From: Alicyclobacillus sp.
GTDB lineage: Bacteria; Bacillota; Bacilli; Alicyclobacillales; Alicyclobacillaceae
DNA: 64,000 nt
Reading direction: 5' to 3'
Assembly: GCA_023511725.1 (NCBI GenBank)
Contig: JAIMAY010000004.1
Location: forward strand, 32,984-96,983
The position numbers were made by a program, and so were the translations under genes. A model generated the notes under the pieces. The model was not told where the DNA came from and did no database searches. It saw only the letters and a program-made list of their open reading frames with translations. Below are positions 51,320 to 59,227 of the stretch, in pieces (within the stretch, counting starts at the first letter, position 1; the number at the start of each line of letters is the position of its first letter).

Positions 51320-52689
51320 GCGGCGCGCGGGAGTTGGCGTACGAGGCGCTGCTTCAAGTCGAAACCGGAGACGCCTTCACGAACCTGGCCCTGCAGGCCG
51401 TGCTGGGGACGGAGGATTTGGGCGAGCGGGATAGAGCGCTGTGTACCGAGATCGTCTACGGCACGGTACAGCGACGGCGATCCATCGATGTGCTGCTGGC
51501 GCCGCATCTCAGCCGCCCGGTCGACGCCTTGGACCCGGAGGTTTTGACCATCCTGCGCATGACAGTCTACCAGTTGGCATTTCTCACCCGGGTCCCGGCG
51601 TACGCAGCGCTCAACGAGGCGGTTGAACTGTGCAAGCGCGTCAAACCACAGGCGGCGGGTTTCGTCAACGGTGTATTGCGGCAGTTCAGCCGCGTCGCTG
51701 AGCCGGTGGCCGAGCGCTTGGCGCGCGCGGCGGCGCGTGCGGCAACACCCGCGGCGGCGCTGGGCATCTTGTATTCTTACCCGGACTGGATGGTGGAGCG
51801 GTGGCTCCGGCAGTTCGGCAGGGCGAGGACCGAAGCATTGCTGCGCGCCGGCAATGAGCAGGCGACGCTCTCGTTGCGCGTCAACCGGCTGCGTACAACG
51901 ACCCATCAGGTGTTGGCCCGCTTGCGGGAGGAGGGCACGCCAGCGACACCGTCTCCACTTCACCCCTGGGGAATTCGGCTGGAGCGCGGGGTGAACGTGG
52001 AGGCGTGGGCACCCTACCAAATGGGGCTGGTGAGCGTGCAGGACGAGGGTGCCATGCTGGTCGCACAGATGGTCGCCCCGACGCCTGGCTCCCGCGTGCT
52101 CGACATGTGCGCGGCACCCGGCGGCAAGACCACGCACTTGGCGGAGTTCATGGAAGATCAGGGCAGCATCGACGCCATCGACATTCACCCGCACAAGCTG
52201 GGGTTGTTGCGCCAGGCCGCCATTCGCCTGGGCTTACGCAGCATTCGCACGATGCTCGCCGACGGTCGCGACGTGGCGCGCAAGGGGCTTCTGCCTGGGG
52301 GATACGATGCCGTGCTCGTCGATGCGCCCTGCAGTGGTCTCGGCGTGTTGCGGCACCGGCCGGATATCCGCTGGCGGCGCAGCGAAGCGGACATCGCCTC
52401 GCTGGCCGAGCTACAGCGTGATTTGCTCCGTGCCGCGGCCACTCTGGTTCGGCCCGGTGGTGTGTTGGTGTACGCGACCTGCACACTGCTGGCGGAGGAG
52501 AACGATGACGTCGTCCGCTGGGCACTGGATTCGCCGGCGTTGGGGCTTGCGCTCGGCGACGCGCGTCCTCACCTGCCGGCGGCGGTATCCGAGATGTTGG
52601 TCGATCACGCCATGCTGACGCTGACGCCCGACGCCTGGGGCACGGACGGGTTTTTCATGGCACGTTTGATCAAACGGACGGAGGCGTAG
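51316..52689 (+). CDS. rsmB: 16S rRNA (cytosine967-C5)-methyltransferase RsmB
   Basis: Real start is GTG 51316 (GTGA overlap with fmt) within track ORF 50992..52689. It has a NusB-like N-terminus and the SAM motif DMCAAPGGKT. Confidence 0.9.
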   Translation: MSGARELAYEALLQVETGDAFTNLALQAVLGTEDLGERDRALCTEIVYGTVQRRRSIDVLLAPHLSRPVDALDPEVLTILRMTVYQLAFLTRVPAYAALNEAVELCKRVKPQAAGFVNGVLRQFSRVAEPVAERLARAAARAATPAAALGILYSYPDWMVERWLRQFGRARTEALLRAGNEQATLSLRVNRLRTTTHQVLARLREEGTPATPSPLHPWGIRLERGVNVEAWAPYQMGLVSVQDEGAMLVAQMVAPTPGSRVLDMCAAPGGKTTHLAEFMEDQGSIDAIDIHPHKLGLLRQAAIRLGLRSIRTMLADGRDVARKGLLPGGYDAVLVDAPCSGLGVLRHRPDIRWRRSEADIASLAELQRDLLRAAATLVRPGGVLVYATCTLLAEENDDVVRWALDSPALGLALGDARPHLPAAVSEMLVDHAMLTLTPDAWGTDGFFMARLIKRTEA

Positions 52690-52693
52690 CTCC

Positions 52694-53779
52694 ATGGTCC
52701 ATCTGTATGACATGCGCAGTGACGAGATGGCGGCCTGGTTTGAGGAGTTGGGTGAACCGCGCTACCGTGCGCGCCAGGTGTTCGAGTGGCTGTATCAAAA
52801 ACGTGCCCTCACCTTCGATGAGATGACGAACCTGCCGAAGACGCTGCGTGGCCGTCTCAGCGAGGTGGCGGAGATCACCACATCGCGGGAGATCACGCGC
52901 CAGGTGTCGAAGGTGGACGGTACGACCAAGTTCCTGCTCGGGTGGCCCGATGACGTCACCGTCGAGACCGTGCTGATGCGACACGACTATGGCAACAGCG
53001 TGTGCGTCTCCACGCAGGTGGGCTGCAAGATGGGGTGTACGTTTTGCGCATCCACGCTGGGCGGTATGATCCGCCAGATGACGGCCGGTGAGATGGTCGA
53101 GCAGCTCATGTACAGCCAGCGCCTGCTCGATGCCACGGATGAGCGGGTGTCGTCCGTCGTGTTGATGGGTTCGGGCGAGCCCATGGACAACTACGATGCA
53201 TCGATGAAGTTCATCGACATCATTCATGATCCTCACGGTCTGAACATCGGGCAGCGCCACATCACCATCTCGACGGTCGGTTTGGTCCCGGGCATCATTC
53301 GGCTTGCCGACGAAGGGCGTCCCATCACGCTGGCGGTTTCTCTGCACGCGCCGAACGATGAGCTGCGCTCGGCCATGATGCCGGTGAACAAAGCGTATCC
53401 CATCGCCAAACTGATGGAAGCGTGCCGCTACTACTGCCGCAAGACCGGCAAGCGGATCAGTTTCGAGTACGCCTTGGTCGGCGGCAAGAATGACCGCTTG
53501 GAGCATGCGCGGGAACTCGCCGCGCTTCTGGAGGGCATCCCGAGCCACGTCAATCTGATCCCAGTCAATTACGTACCGGAGCGGGGCTACGAGCGCACGC
53601 CCGCGGACCAGATCCAGGCGTTCTTGCGCGAGTTGAAGTCACTCGGCGTGAACGCTACCATTCGGCGCGAGATGGGGCATGACATCGCTGCGGCCTGCGG
53701 ACAGCTGCGGGCGCAGTACATGGGGGAGGGCGCCCGCCCGCCCCGCCGTCGCGCGGGCGCCATCACGTCCGGTACGTGA
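52694..53779 (+). CDS. rlmN: 23S rRNA/tRNA (adenine-C2)-methyltransferase RlmN (radical SAM)
   Basis: Contains the CxxxCxxC cluster CKMGCTFC and RARQVFEWLY. Confidence 0.95.
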   Translation: MVHLYDMRSDEMAAWFEELGEPRYRARQVFEWLYQKRALTFDEMTNLPKTLRGRLSEVAEITTSREITRQVSKVDGTTKFLLGWPDDVTVETVLMRHDYGNSVCVSTQVGCKMGCTFCASTLGGMIRQMTAGEMVEQLMYSQRLLDATDERVSSVVLMGSGEPMDNYDASMKFIDIIHDPHGLNIGQRHITISTVGLVPGIIRLADEGRPITLAVSLHAPNDELRSAMMPVNKAYPIAKLMEACRYYCRKTGKRISFEYALVGGKNDRLEHARELAALLEGIPSHVNLIPVNYVPERGYERTPADQIQAFLRELKSLGVNATIRREMGHDIAAACGQLRAQYMGEGARPPRRRAGAITSGT

Positions 53780-53793
53780 AGGGAGGCGAAGGC

Positions 53794-54558
53794 ATGATGC
53801 TGCATGCAGCGAGATCGCACGTTGGACGAGTCCGGCAGGTCAATCAGGACGGCTATCGTGTGTGCGACGATTTCCAGCCGATGCGGTTCTCGGTGGTGGC
53901 CGACGGCATGGGCGGCGCGTCGGCCGGTGAGGTGGCCAGCCGAATCGCCGTGGACACGATGGTCGAGGTGATCCGGGAGGGTCTGGCGCAGGATGGGTTC
54001 GATCCGGTCGAACTCATGCACACGGCCGTCTCTGAGGCCAATCGCCAGATCTGGGAGGCAGCTCAGCAGACGCGCGCGTACCACGGCATGGGGACGACCC
54101 TGGTGGCTGCCCTGTTCAACGAATCGCAGATTGTGTTTGCGAATGTCGGGGACAGCCGCGGCTATCTGCTGCAGGATGACGCGCTCAAGCAGGTCACCCA
54201 GGATCATTCGCTGGTGGCCGAGTTGGTGCGCCGCGGACAGCTTACGGCAGAGGAAGCGCTGCACCATCCGCAACGCAACATCATCACACGCTCGCTGGGG
54301 ACATCGGAGCACAACCTTCCCGACGTCGATGTGGTCGCGTGGCGGCCGAGCGACGTGCTGCTGCTGTGCACGGACGGCCTGACCAACATGGTCACGGACG
54401 CGGAACTGCAGACGCATCTGCAACGACTGCACGATGCGCGGTGCAACGCGGATGTGGAGCAGGTTGCCGATGAACTGCTGCAGCTCGCCCTGGAGCGCGG
54501 CGGAACCGATAACATCACCCTGGTCGTGGTGGTGCATCGGGAGGAGGAAGCGCGGTGA
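53794..54558 (+). CDS. prpC: PP2C-family Ser/Thr phosphatase (PrpC/Stp)
   Basis: Contains RQVNQDGY, ADGMGG and GGTDNITLVVV motifs. ATG 53794 lies 8 nt after GGGAGG; the track ORF starts at GTG 53776. Confidence 0.92.
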   Translation: MMLHAARSHVGRVRQVNQDGYRVCDDFQPMRFSVVADGMGGASAGEVASRIAVDTMVEVIREGLAQDGFDPVELMHTAVSEANRQIWEAAQQTRAYHGMGTTLVAALFNESQIVFANVGDSRGYLLQDDALKQVTQDHSLVAELVRRGQLTAEEALHHPQRNIITRSLGTSEHNLPDVDVVAWRPSDVLLLCTDGLTNMVTDAELQTHLQRLHDARCNADVEQVADELLQLALERGGTDNITLVVVVHREEEAR

Positions 54559-56519
54559 CCGAACGACGGCTGGGTGGCCGCTATGATTTGGAGCAACCGA
54601 TTGGCGGCGGCGGTATGGCCGTCGTCTACCGCGCACTGGACCGCCTGCTGGGCCGGACCGTCGCCATCAAGATGCTGCGCCCGCAGTTCGCCGGCGATGA
54701 GGAACTGGTGTCGCGTTTCCGTCAGGAGGCGCAGGCGGCGGCGCGCCTGTCGCACCCCAACATTGTGTCCGTGTATGACGTGGGGATGACCGACGGCGAG
54801 TACTACATCGTGATGGAGTACGTGGACGGCCCCACGCTCAAGGAGGTCATCCGGGAACGCGGTCCGCTGCCGGTGGCGGATGTGATTGAGATTGCGGACC
54901 AGATCTGCGATGCCTTGGCCCACGCGCATGAGCAGGGGATCATCCACCGGGATGTCAAGCCGCACAACATTCTGGTCACGCGCGGCGGCCGCGTGAAAGT
55001 GACCGATTTTGGCATCGCCAAGGCCATCACGGGCAACACTCTCACCTACCAGACCAGCACGCACGTGCTCGGGTCTGTGCATTATTTCTCGCCCGAGCAG
55101 GCGCGGGGCCGCGTCGCCACGGCGCAGAGCGATATCTACTCGCTCGGCGTCGTCATGTACGAGATGCTGACCGGCCAACTGCCGTTTTCGGGAGATTCAC
55201 CGGTGTCGGTCGCGCTCAAGCATCTGCGTGACAAATTCATCGAGCCGCGTCAGATCCGGCCTGATATTCCACAGAGCGTGGAGAACATTGTGCTCCGCTG
55301 TCTCGCCAAATCGCCGGAGCACCGCTACCCGGACATGCGGTCCGTGCGCCGTGATCTTCGCGATGCTCTCATCCACCCCAATGTGCCGAAGTACGTGCCG
55401 CCGGAGGATGACGTCACGCAGGAGACGATTGTGGTGCCTCCGCTGACACCGGAGACCACCCCGGAGGAAGGAGAACAGGAGAGTGCCCCGGCCCAGCCCG
55501 GGACACGGCGCCGGCGGTGGTGGCGCGGCCTGATGTGGACCGGCGTCGGCACCGGCGTGCTCTGCGTGGGGGCGCTCGCGGCATACTGGATTGTGATGAA
55601 GCTGCTCGCCGTGCAGACCGTGGAACTGCCCAATGTGGTCGGAGAGACGGAGCAGCAGGCGGTGGCGACGCTGGAGCATGCCGGCTTCTCGGACAGCCAG
55701 ATCCAGCGGGAGCATGAACCGAGCAGCAAGCCGCAGGGCATCGTGTTTGCGCAGGATCCGCCTGGACCGACGGAGGTCAAGGAGAACCGGACCATCATCC
55801 TGTACATCAGCAGCGGCTCGCCCTCGGTCGTCGTGCCAGACGTGCAGGGGCTGCCGCAGGATGAGGCCATCACGCAATTGGTCAACGCCGGCTTTTCGCG
55901 CAGCAACATCAATGTGACGTACGTTCAGAGTGACCAGGTGGCGGCGGGCGACGCCGTCGGAACGAATCCACCCGCCGGACAGAGCGTGGATCCGAATTCG
56001 CACATCACGCTGCAGATCAGCAAGGGTGGGCTTGTGCAGATTCCCAACGTGATTGGCCAAACGCTCCAGGCCGCCGAGCAGATGCTGCAATCCGCGGGCC
56101 TGGCGGTGGGCACGGTATATCGCACACCGTACCAGGCGCCGGATGGCACGGTGTATCAGGTTGGTCGATACCAGGTGGGGGACCAGGTGCCCGAGGGCAC
56201 GGCGATTGACCTTTACGTGGCGCAGAACAGCGGCAACACCACCAGCAACAGCACCGGGAACGACACGGGCCAAATCCCGCCCGATGCCCACCAGAAGCCC
56301 GTCAAAGTCACCGTGAAGTACGACGGCAAGGGTGACCCGTGGCAGGTGGAGATCATCACAACGGATGCGACGGCGCAAAATCGAGAGGTTGTCAACCAGA
56401 CCATCACCAAGACGACCACGTGGTCACTGACGTTGGTGCTGACGCCGGAGCAGCCGAACGGTGAGGTGGTTGTGAAGGTGAATGGACAGGTGGTGGATGA
56501 TCGGCATGTCTCCTATTGA
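54555..56519 (+). CDS. prkC: Ser/Thr protein kinase PrkC (Hanks kinase, TM segment, three PASTA repeats, C-terminal beta-rich domain)
   Basis: Contains HRDVKPHNIL and DFGIAKA, a TM segment (WTGVGTGVLCVGALAAYWIV) and three PASTA-like repeats. GTGA overlap with prpC. Confidence 0.95.
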   Translation: MTERRLGGRYDLEQPIGGGGMAVVYRALDRLLGRTVAIKMLRPQFAGDEELVSRFRQEAQAAARLSHPNIVSVYDVGMTDGEYYIVMEYVDGPTLKEVIRERGPLPVADVIEIADQICDALAHAHEQGIIHRDVKPHNILVTRGGRVKVTDFGIAKAITGNTLTYQTSTHVLGSVHYFSPEQARGRVATAQSDIYSLGVVMYEMLTGQLPFSGDSPVSVALKHLRDKFIEPRQIRPDIPQSVENIVLRCLAKSPEHRYPDMRSVRRDLRDALIHPNVPKYVPPEDDVTQETIVVPPLTPETTPEEGEQESAPAQPGTRRRRWWRGLMWTGVGTGVLCVGALAAYWIVMKLLAVQTVELPNVVGETEQQAVATLEHAGFSDSQIQREHEPSSKPQGIVFAQDPPGPTEVKENRTIILYISSGSPSVVVPDVQGLPQDEAITQLVNAGFSRSNINVTYVQSDQVAAGDAVGTNPPAGQSVDPNSHITLQISKGGLVQIPNVIGQTLQAAEQMLQSAGLAVGTVYRTPYQAPDGTVYQVGRYQVGDQVPEGTAIDLYVAQNSGNTTSNSTGNDTGQIPPDAHQKPVKVTVKYDGKGDPWQVEIITTDATAQNREVVNQTITKTTTWSLTLVLTPEQPNGEVVVKVNGQVVDDRHVSY

Positions 56520-56561
56520 TGGCTTGCCTTCATCGCTGTTTCCGGCAGGGAGGGCGCAGCC

Positions 56562-57437
56562 ATGCAAGCGGGCCGGGTGATCCGCGCGGTCGGGGGGCTG
56601 TTTGATGTCAAGCAGGACGGCGTGGTGCGCCGCTGTCGCGCCCGCGGCGTGTTCAAAAAGCGCGGCATCACCGTGATGGTGGGTGACCTCGTTGAGGTGG
56701 AGCCTGTGGGTGCCAGCGAAGGCGTGATCAACGCCGTTCTGCCGAGGCAGACGGAGCTCATTCGTCCGCCTGTGGCCAACGTGGATCAGGCGCTGTGCGT
56801 GTTCTCGCTGCGGACACCGGATTTTCATGCGCGCCTGTTGGATCGGGTGTTGGTGTGTGCGCAGGCGGCGCGGGTGCGGCCCGTGATCGTCATCTCGAAA
56901 GTCGACACCGGGGATGAGGACGAACTGCGCAGGGCGGCCGAACCGTACGAGCGCGCCGGGTATACGGTGATTCCCGCTTCTGCGTGGGCAAATGTCGGCA
57001 TCGACCAGGTCCGCGAGGTGTTGCGCGGTCACATCACGGTGTTCGCGGGGCCGTCGGGCGCCGGGAAATCGAGCCTCGCCAACGCCCTCTCGCCGGAACT
57101 CGGCCTGCGGATGGGGGATGTGAGCCGTAAGCTGGGGCGAGGCCGGCACACGACGCGGCATGTGGAGTTGTTTGAATTGGAGCCGGACACCTGGATTGCC
57201 GATGCACCTGGGTTCAGCCAGTTGGAGCTGACGGTGGCATCGTCCGAGCTTCGCGACTATTTCCCAGAGATTCGCGAGGTGGGCTTGCAGTGCGAGTACG
57301 ACGACTGCCTGCACCTTGAGGAAACCGGGTGCGCCGTGAAGCACGCGGTGGCCTCGGGGGAGTTGGCGGCGTCGAGATACGAGAGCTACCGCACGCTGCT
57401 CCTCGAGCTGCTTGATAAGGAGGCGCACCGCTATTGA
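56562..57437 (+). CDS. rsgA: Ribosome small-subunit-dependent GTPase A (RsgA/CpgA)
   Basis: Circularly permuted GTPase with SKVD then GPSGAGKSSL, and C-terminal Zn ligands C..C.H......C. Confidence 0.93.
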   Translation: MQAGRVIRAVGGLFDVKQDGVVRRCRARGVFKKRGITVMVGDLVEVEPVGASEGVINAVLPRQTELIRPPVANVDQALCVFSLRTPDFHARLLDRVLVCAQAARVRPVIVISKVDTGDEDELRRAAEPYERAGYTVIPASAWANVGIDQVREVLRGHITVFAGPSGAGKSSLANALSPELGLRMGDVSRKLGRGRHTTRHVELFELEPDTWIADAPGFSQLELTVASSELRDYFPEIREVGLQCEYDDCLHLEETGCAVKHAVASGELAASRYESYRTLLLELLDKEAHRY

Positions 57438-58096
57438 CGCCTATCATCGCACCATCCATCCTGTCCGCGGATTTTACAAAGCTGGGGGAAGAAGTGGAGT
57501 CCGTGCTCGCGGCGGGTGCCGATTGGATTCACGTGGACGTGATGGACGGACGTTTTGTGCCGAATCTCACCATGGGTCCGCTGGTGGTGGAGGCGCTGCG
57601 GCAACGGTTTGACTGCACGCTCGATGTCCATCTCATGATCATGGAACCGGAGCGGTACATCGATGCCTTCGCGCGTGCCGGAGCGAGCATCATCACCGTC
57701 CATGCCGAGGCAACGCCTCACGTCCATCGCGCTCTGCAGCAGATCCGGCAGGCGGGCTGTCGAGCCGGGTTGGCCCTCAACCCGGCCACACCGTTGTCCG
57801 CTGCGGAGTGGGTGGCGGCGGACTTCGACCTGCTGCTCCTGATGACGGTCAACCCTGGATTCGGGGGGCAGGCGCTGATTCCGGCCGTGATCGAAAAAGT
57901 ACGGCAGGCTCGCGCATGGCTGGATGGTCTCGGGCGTAGAGATGTAGAGATTGAAGTGGATGGCGGCATTTCGCCGGCGACCATCGGCGAGGCCGCGGCG
58001 GCCGGGGCCAGCGTGTTTGTCGCGGGTTCTGCTGTGTTCGGCGAGGCGGATAGGCGCGAGGCCATCGCAAGACTCCGAGCGGCGCTGTCCTCCTGA
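57434..58096 (+). CDS. rpe: Ribulose-phosphate 3-epimerase
   Basis: Contains IAPSILSADF and HVDVMDGRFVPN. The TTG start overlaps the rsgA stop. Confidence 0.93.
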   Translation: MTPIIAPSILSADFTKLGEEVESVLAAGADWIHVDVMDGRFVPNLTMGPLVVEALRQRFDCTLDVHLMIMEPERYIDAFARAGASIITVHAEATPHVHRALQQIRQAGCRAGLALNPATPLSAAEWVAADFDLLLLMTVNPGFGGQALIPAVIEKVRQARAWLDGLGRRDVEIEVDGGISPATIGEAAAAGASVFVAGSAVFGEADRREAIARLRAALSS

Positions 58097-58229
58097 CACC
58101 CTCCCGGCCGACCGCTTCGTGTCCGGGGCTGGGCACAAATGCCCTGACGCGGAATATACATGTAGCGTAATCAACGGCACCGCGTGGGGCACCCGGGAAC
58201 GGACGGGACGACAAGGAGGGAGTCCGGTC

Positions 58230-58310
58230 TTGAAATTCTACACCATCAAGCTGCCCAAGTTCTTGGGAGGCATCGTCAAGGCTGTGATTGGTGTATTTGC
58301 GAAGGATTGA
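58230..58310 (+). CDS. spoVM: Stage V sporulation protein M (26-aa amphipathic peptide)
   Basis: TTG 58230 lies 8 nt after AAGGAGGGA and encodes (M)KFYTIKLPKFLGGIVKAVIGVFAKD*. This is nearly identical in its first 16 residues to B. subtilis SpoVM as I recall it (MKFYTIKLPKFLGGIVRAMLGSFRKD). It lies between rpe and rpmB, as in Bacillus, and is hidden in the tail of track ORF 57951..58310. Confidence 0.9.
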   Translation: MKFYTIKLPKFLGGIVKAVIGVFAKD

Positions 58311-58382
58311 TGGCGCAAAGCAGGCCGGCGACGTGTGTACGGGTGGGTGAGATCACCTTGGCCTGCGAAAGGTGGGTATGCG

Positions 58383-58416
58383 AACGGGCACAGCCACTCG
58401 GCTGTGCCCGTTTTCG
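58383..58416. terminator. Shared terminator hairpin between convergent spoVM and rpmB (13-bp perfect stem)
   Basis: AACGGGCACAGCC-ACTC-GGCTGTGCCCGTT is followed by TTCG on the plus strand. No U-tract is present on the minus strand. Confidence 0.65.
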
Positions 58417-58467
58417 TGCTTTCGCGAGTTACCCGCGTATGCTGCAGACGCGCTCCGGTGCCCTCCT

Positions 58468-58659
58468 TCAGACGGCGCGCGTCACCTTGCCGGCCTTCAG
58501 ACACCTGGTGCACACCCGCATGCGCTTGACCGTGCCGTTCACCACCACGCGGACCCGCTGCAGATTCGGCATGAAGCGGCGCTTGGTCAGGATGTGCGAG
58601 TGGCTGATCTTGTGGCCCGTTTTCGGCTCGCGGCCGCAGATATCACAGCGTTGTGCCAT
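58468..58659 (-). CDS. rpmB: 50S ribosomal protein L28
   Basis: MAQRCDICGREPKTGHKISHSHILTKRRFMPNLQRVRVVVNGTVKRMRVCTRCLKAGKVTRAV. The ATG is preceded by AAAAGGAGGTG. Track ORF 58468..58800 over-extends the N-terminus. Confidence 0.95.
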   Translation of the reverse strand: MAQRCDICGREPKTGHKISHSHILTKRRFMPNLQRVRVVVNGTVKRMRVCTRCLKAGKVTRAV

Positions 58660-58830
58660 ATTGCGCACCTCCTTTTTCACGCGGTCAGCCGCCAGACACA
58701 GTGACTTCACTAGTCTACCACAGCGGCTTCCGGCCCCGCAACCGTTGGGCCGCACCGCCCTCGCCTTTCGCCCATCTGCACCGATATAGTACAATGACAC
58801 AAAGCAGGCGTGTTTGCAGGGGGTGCCCGG

Positions 58831-59199
58831 ATGCCGAGGACCATCGAGACGTCACTCGGACGTATCACCGTGACGGAGGATGTCATCGCCACCATCGCCG
58901 GTCTGGCAGCGATGGACTGCTACGGACTGGTGGGTATGGCGTCACGTCGTCAGGTCAAGGATAGCCTCAGTGAGTTGCTTGGAAGGGATAACCCGGGCCG
59001 AGGTGTGGAGGTCCGGATTACCAATGACGAGATTGAGGTCGACCTGTACATCATCGTCAGCTACGGCACCAACATCTATGAGATCGCGCAGAACGTGCGT
59101 GACAAGGTGCGGTACGTGCTGAATGAGACCGTCGGGATCAACGTGGACCGCGTGAACATCTTCGTACAGGGGGTCAGGGTGGCCGACGAGAGGGCGTGA
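58831..59199 (+). CDS. yloU: Asp23/Gls24 family envelope stress protein (YloU)
   Basis: Contains GRITVTEDVIATIAGLAAMDCYGLVGM...VEVDLYIIVSYGTNI. It is paired with the downstream DAK2 gene, as in Bacillus. Confidence 0.88.
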   Translation: MPRTIETSLGRITVTEDVIATIAGLAAMDCYGLVGMASRRQVKDSLSELLGRDNPGRGVEVRITNDEIEVDLYIIVSYGTNIYEIAQNVRDKVRYVLNETVGINVDRVNIFVQGVRVADERA

Positions 59200-59227
59200 A
59201 CCGCCCATCACGACGAGGAGGCTGTGC

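Noticed and set aside
58130-58165. Possible sigma-E promoter for spoVM (GCACAAAT ... TATACATG)
   Set aside because: The match to the sigma-E -35/-10 consensus as I recall it is only partial (about 5 of 8 in the -10), which is too weak to call without TSS data.
57951-58229. Long ORF 57951..58310 (119 aa) as a single protein
   Set aside because: Its first two-thirds overlap the rpe 3' end out of frame and have no features. Only the last 26 codons, which have their own RBS and TTG start, correspond to SpoVM.
58184-58789. 201-aa plus-strand ORF and the 110-aa extended version of rpmB
   Set aside because: The plus ORF lies antisense to rpmB. The extended rpmB frame lacks an RBS, whereas ATG 58659 has AAAAGGAGGTG and gives the canonical 63-aa L28.
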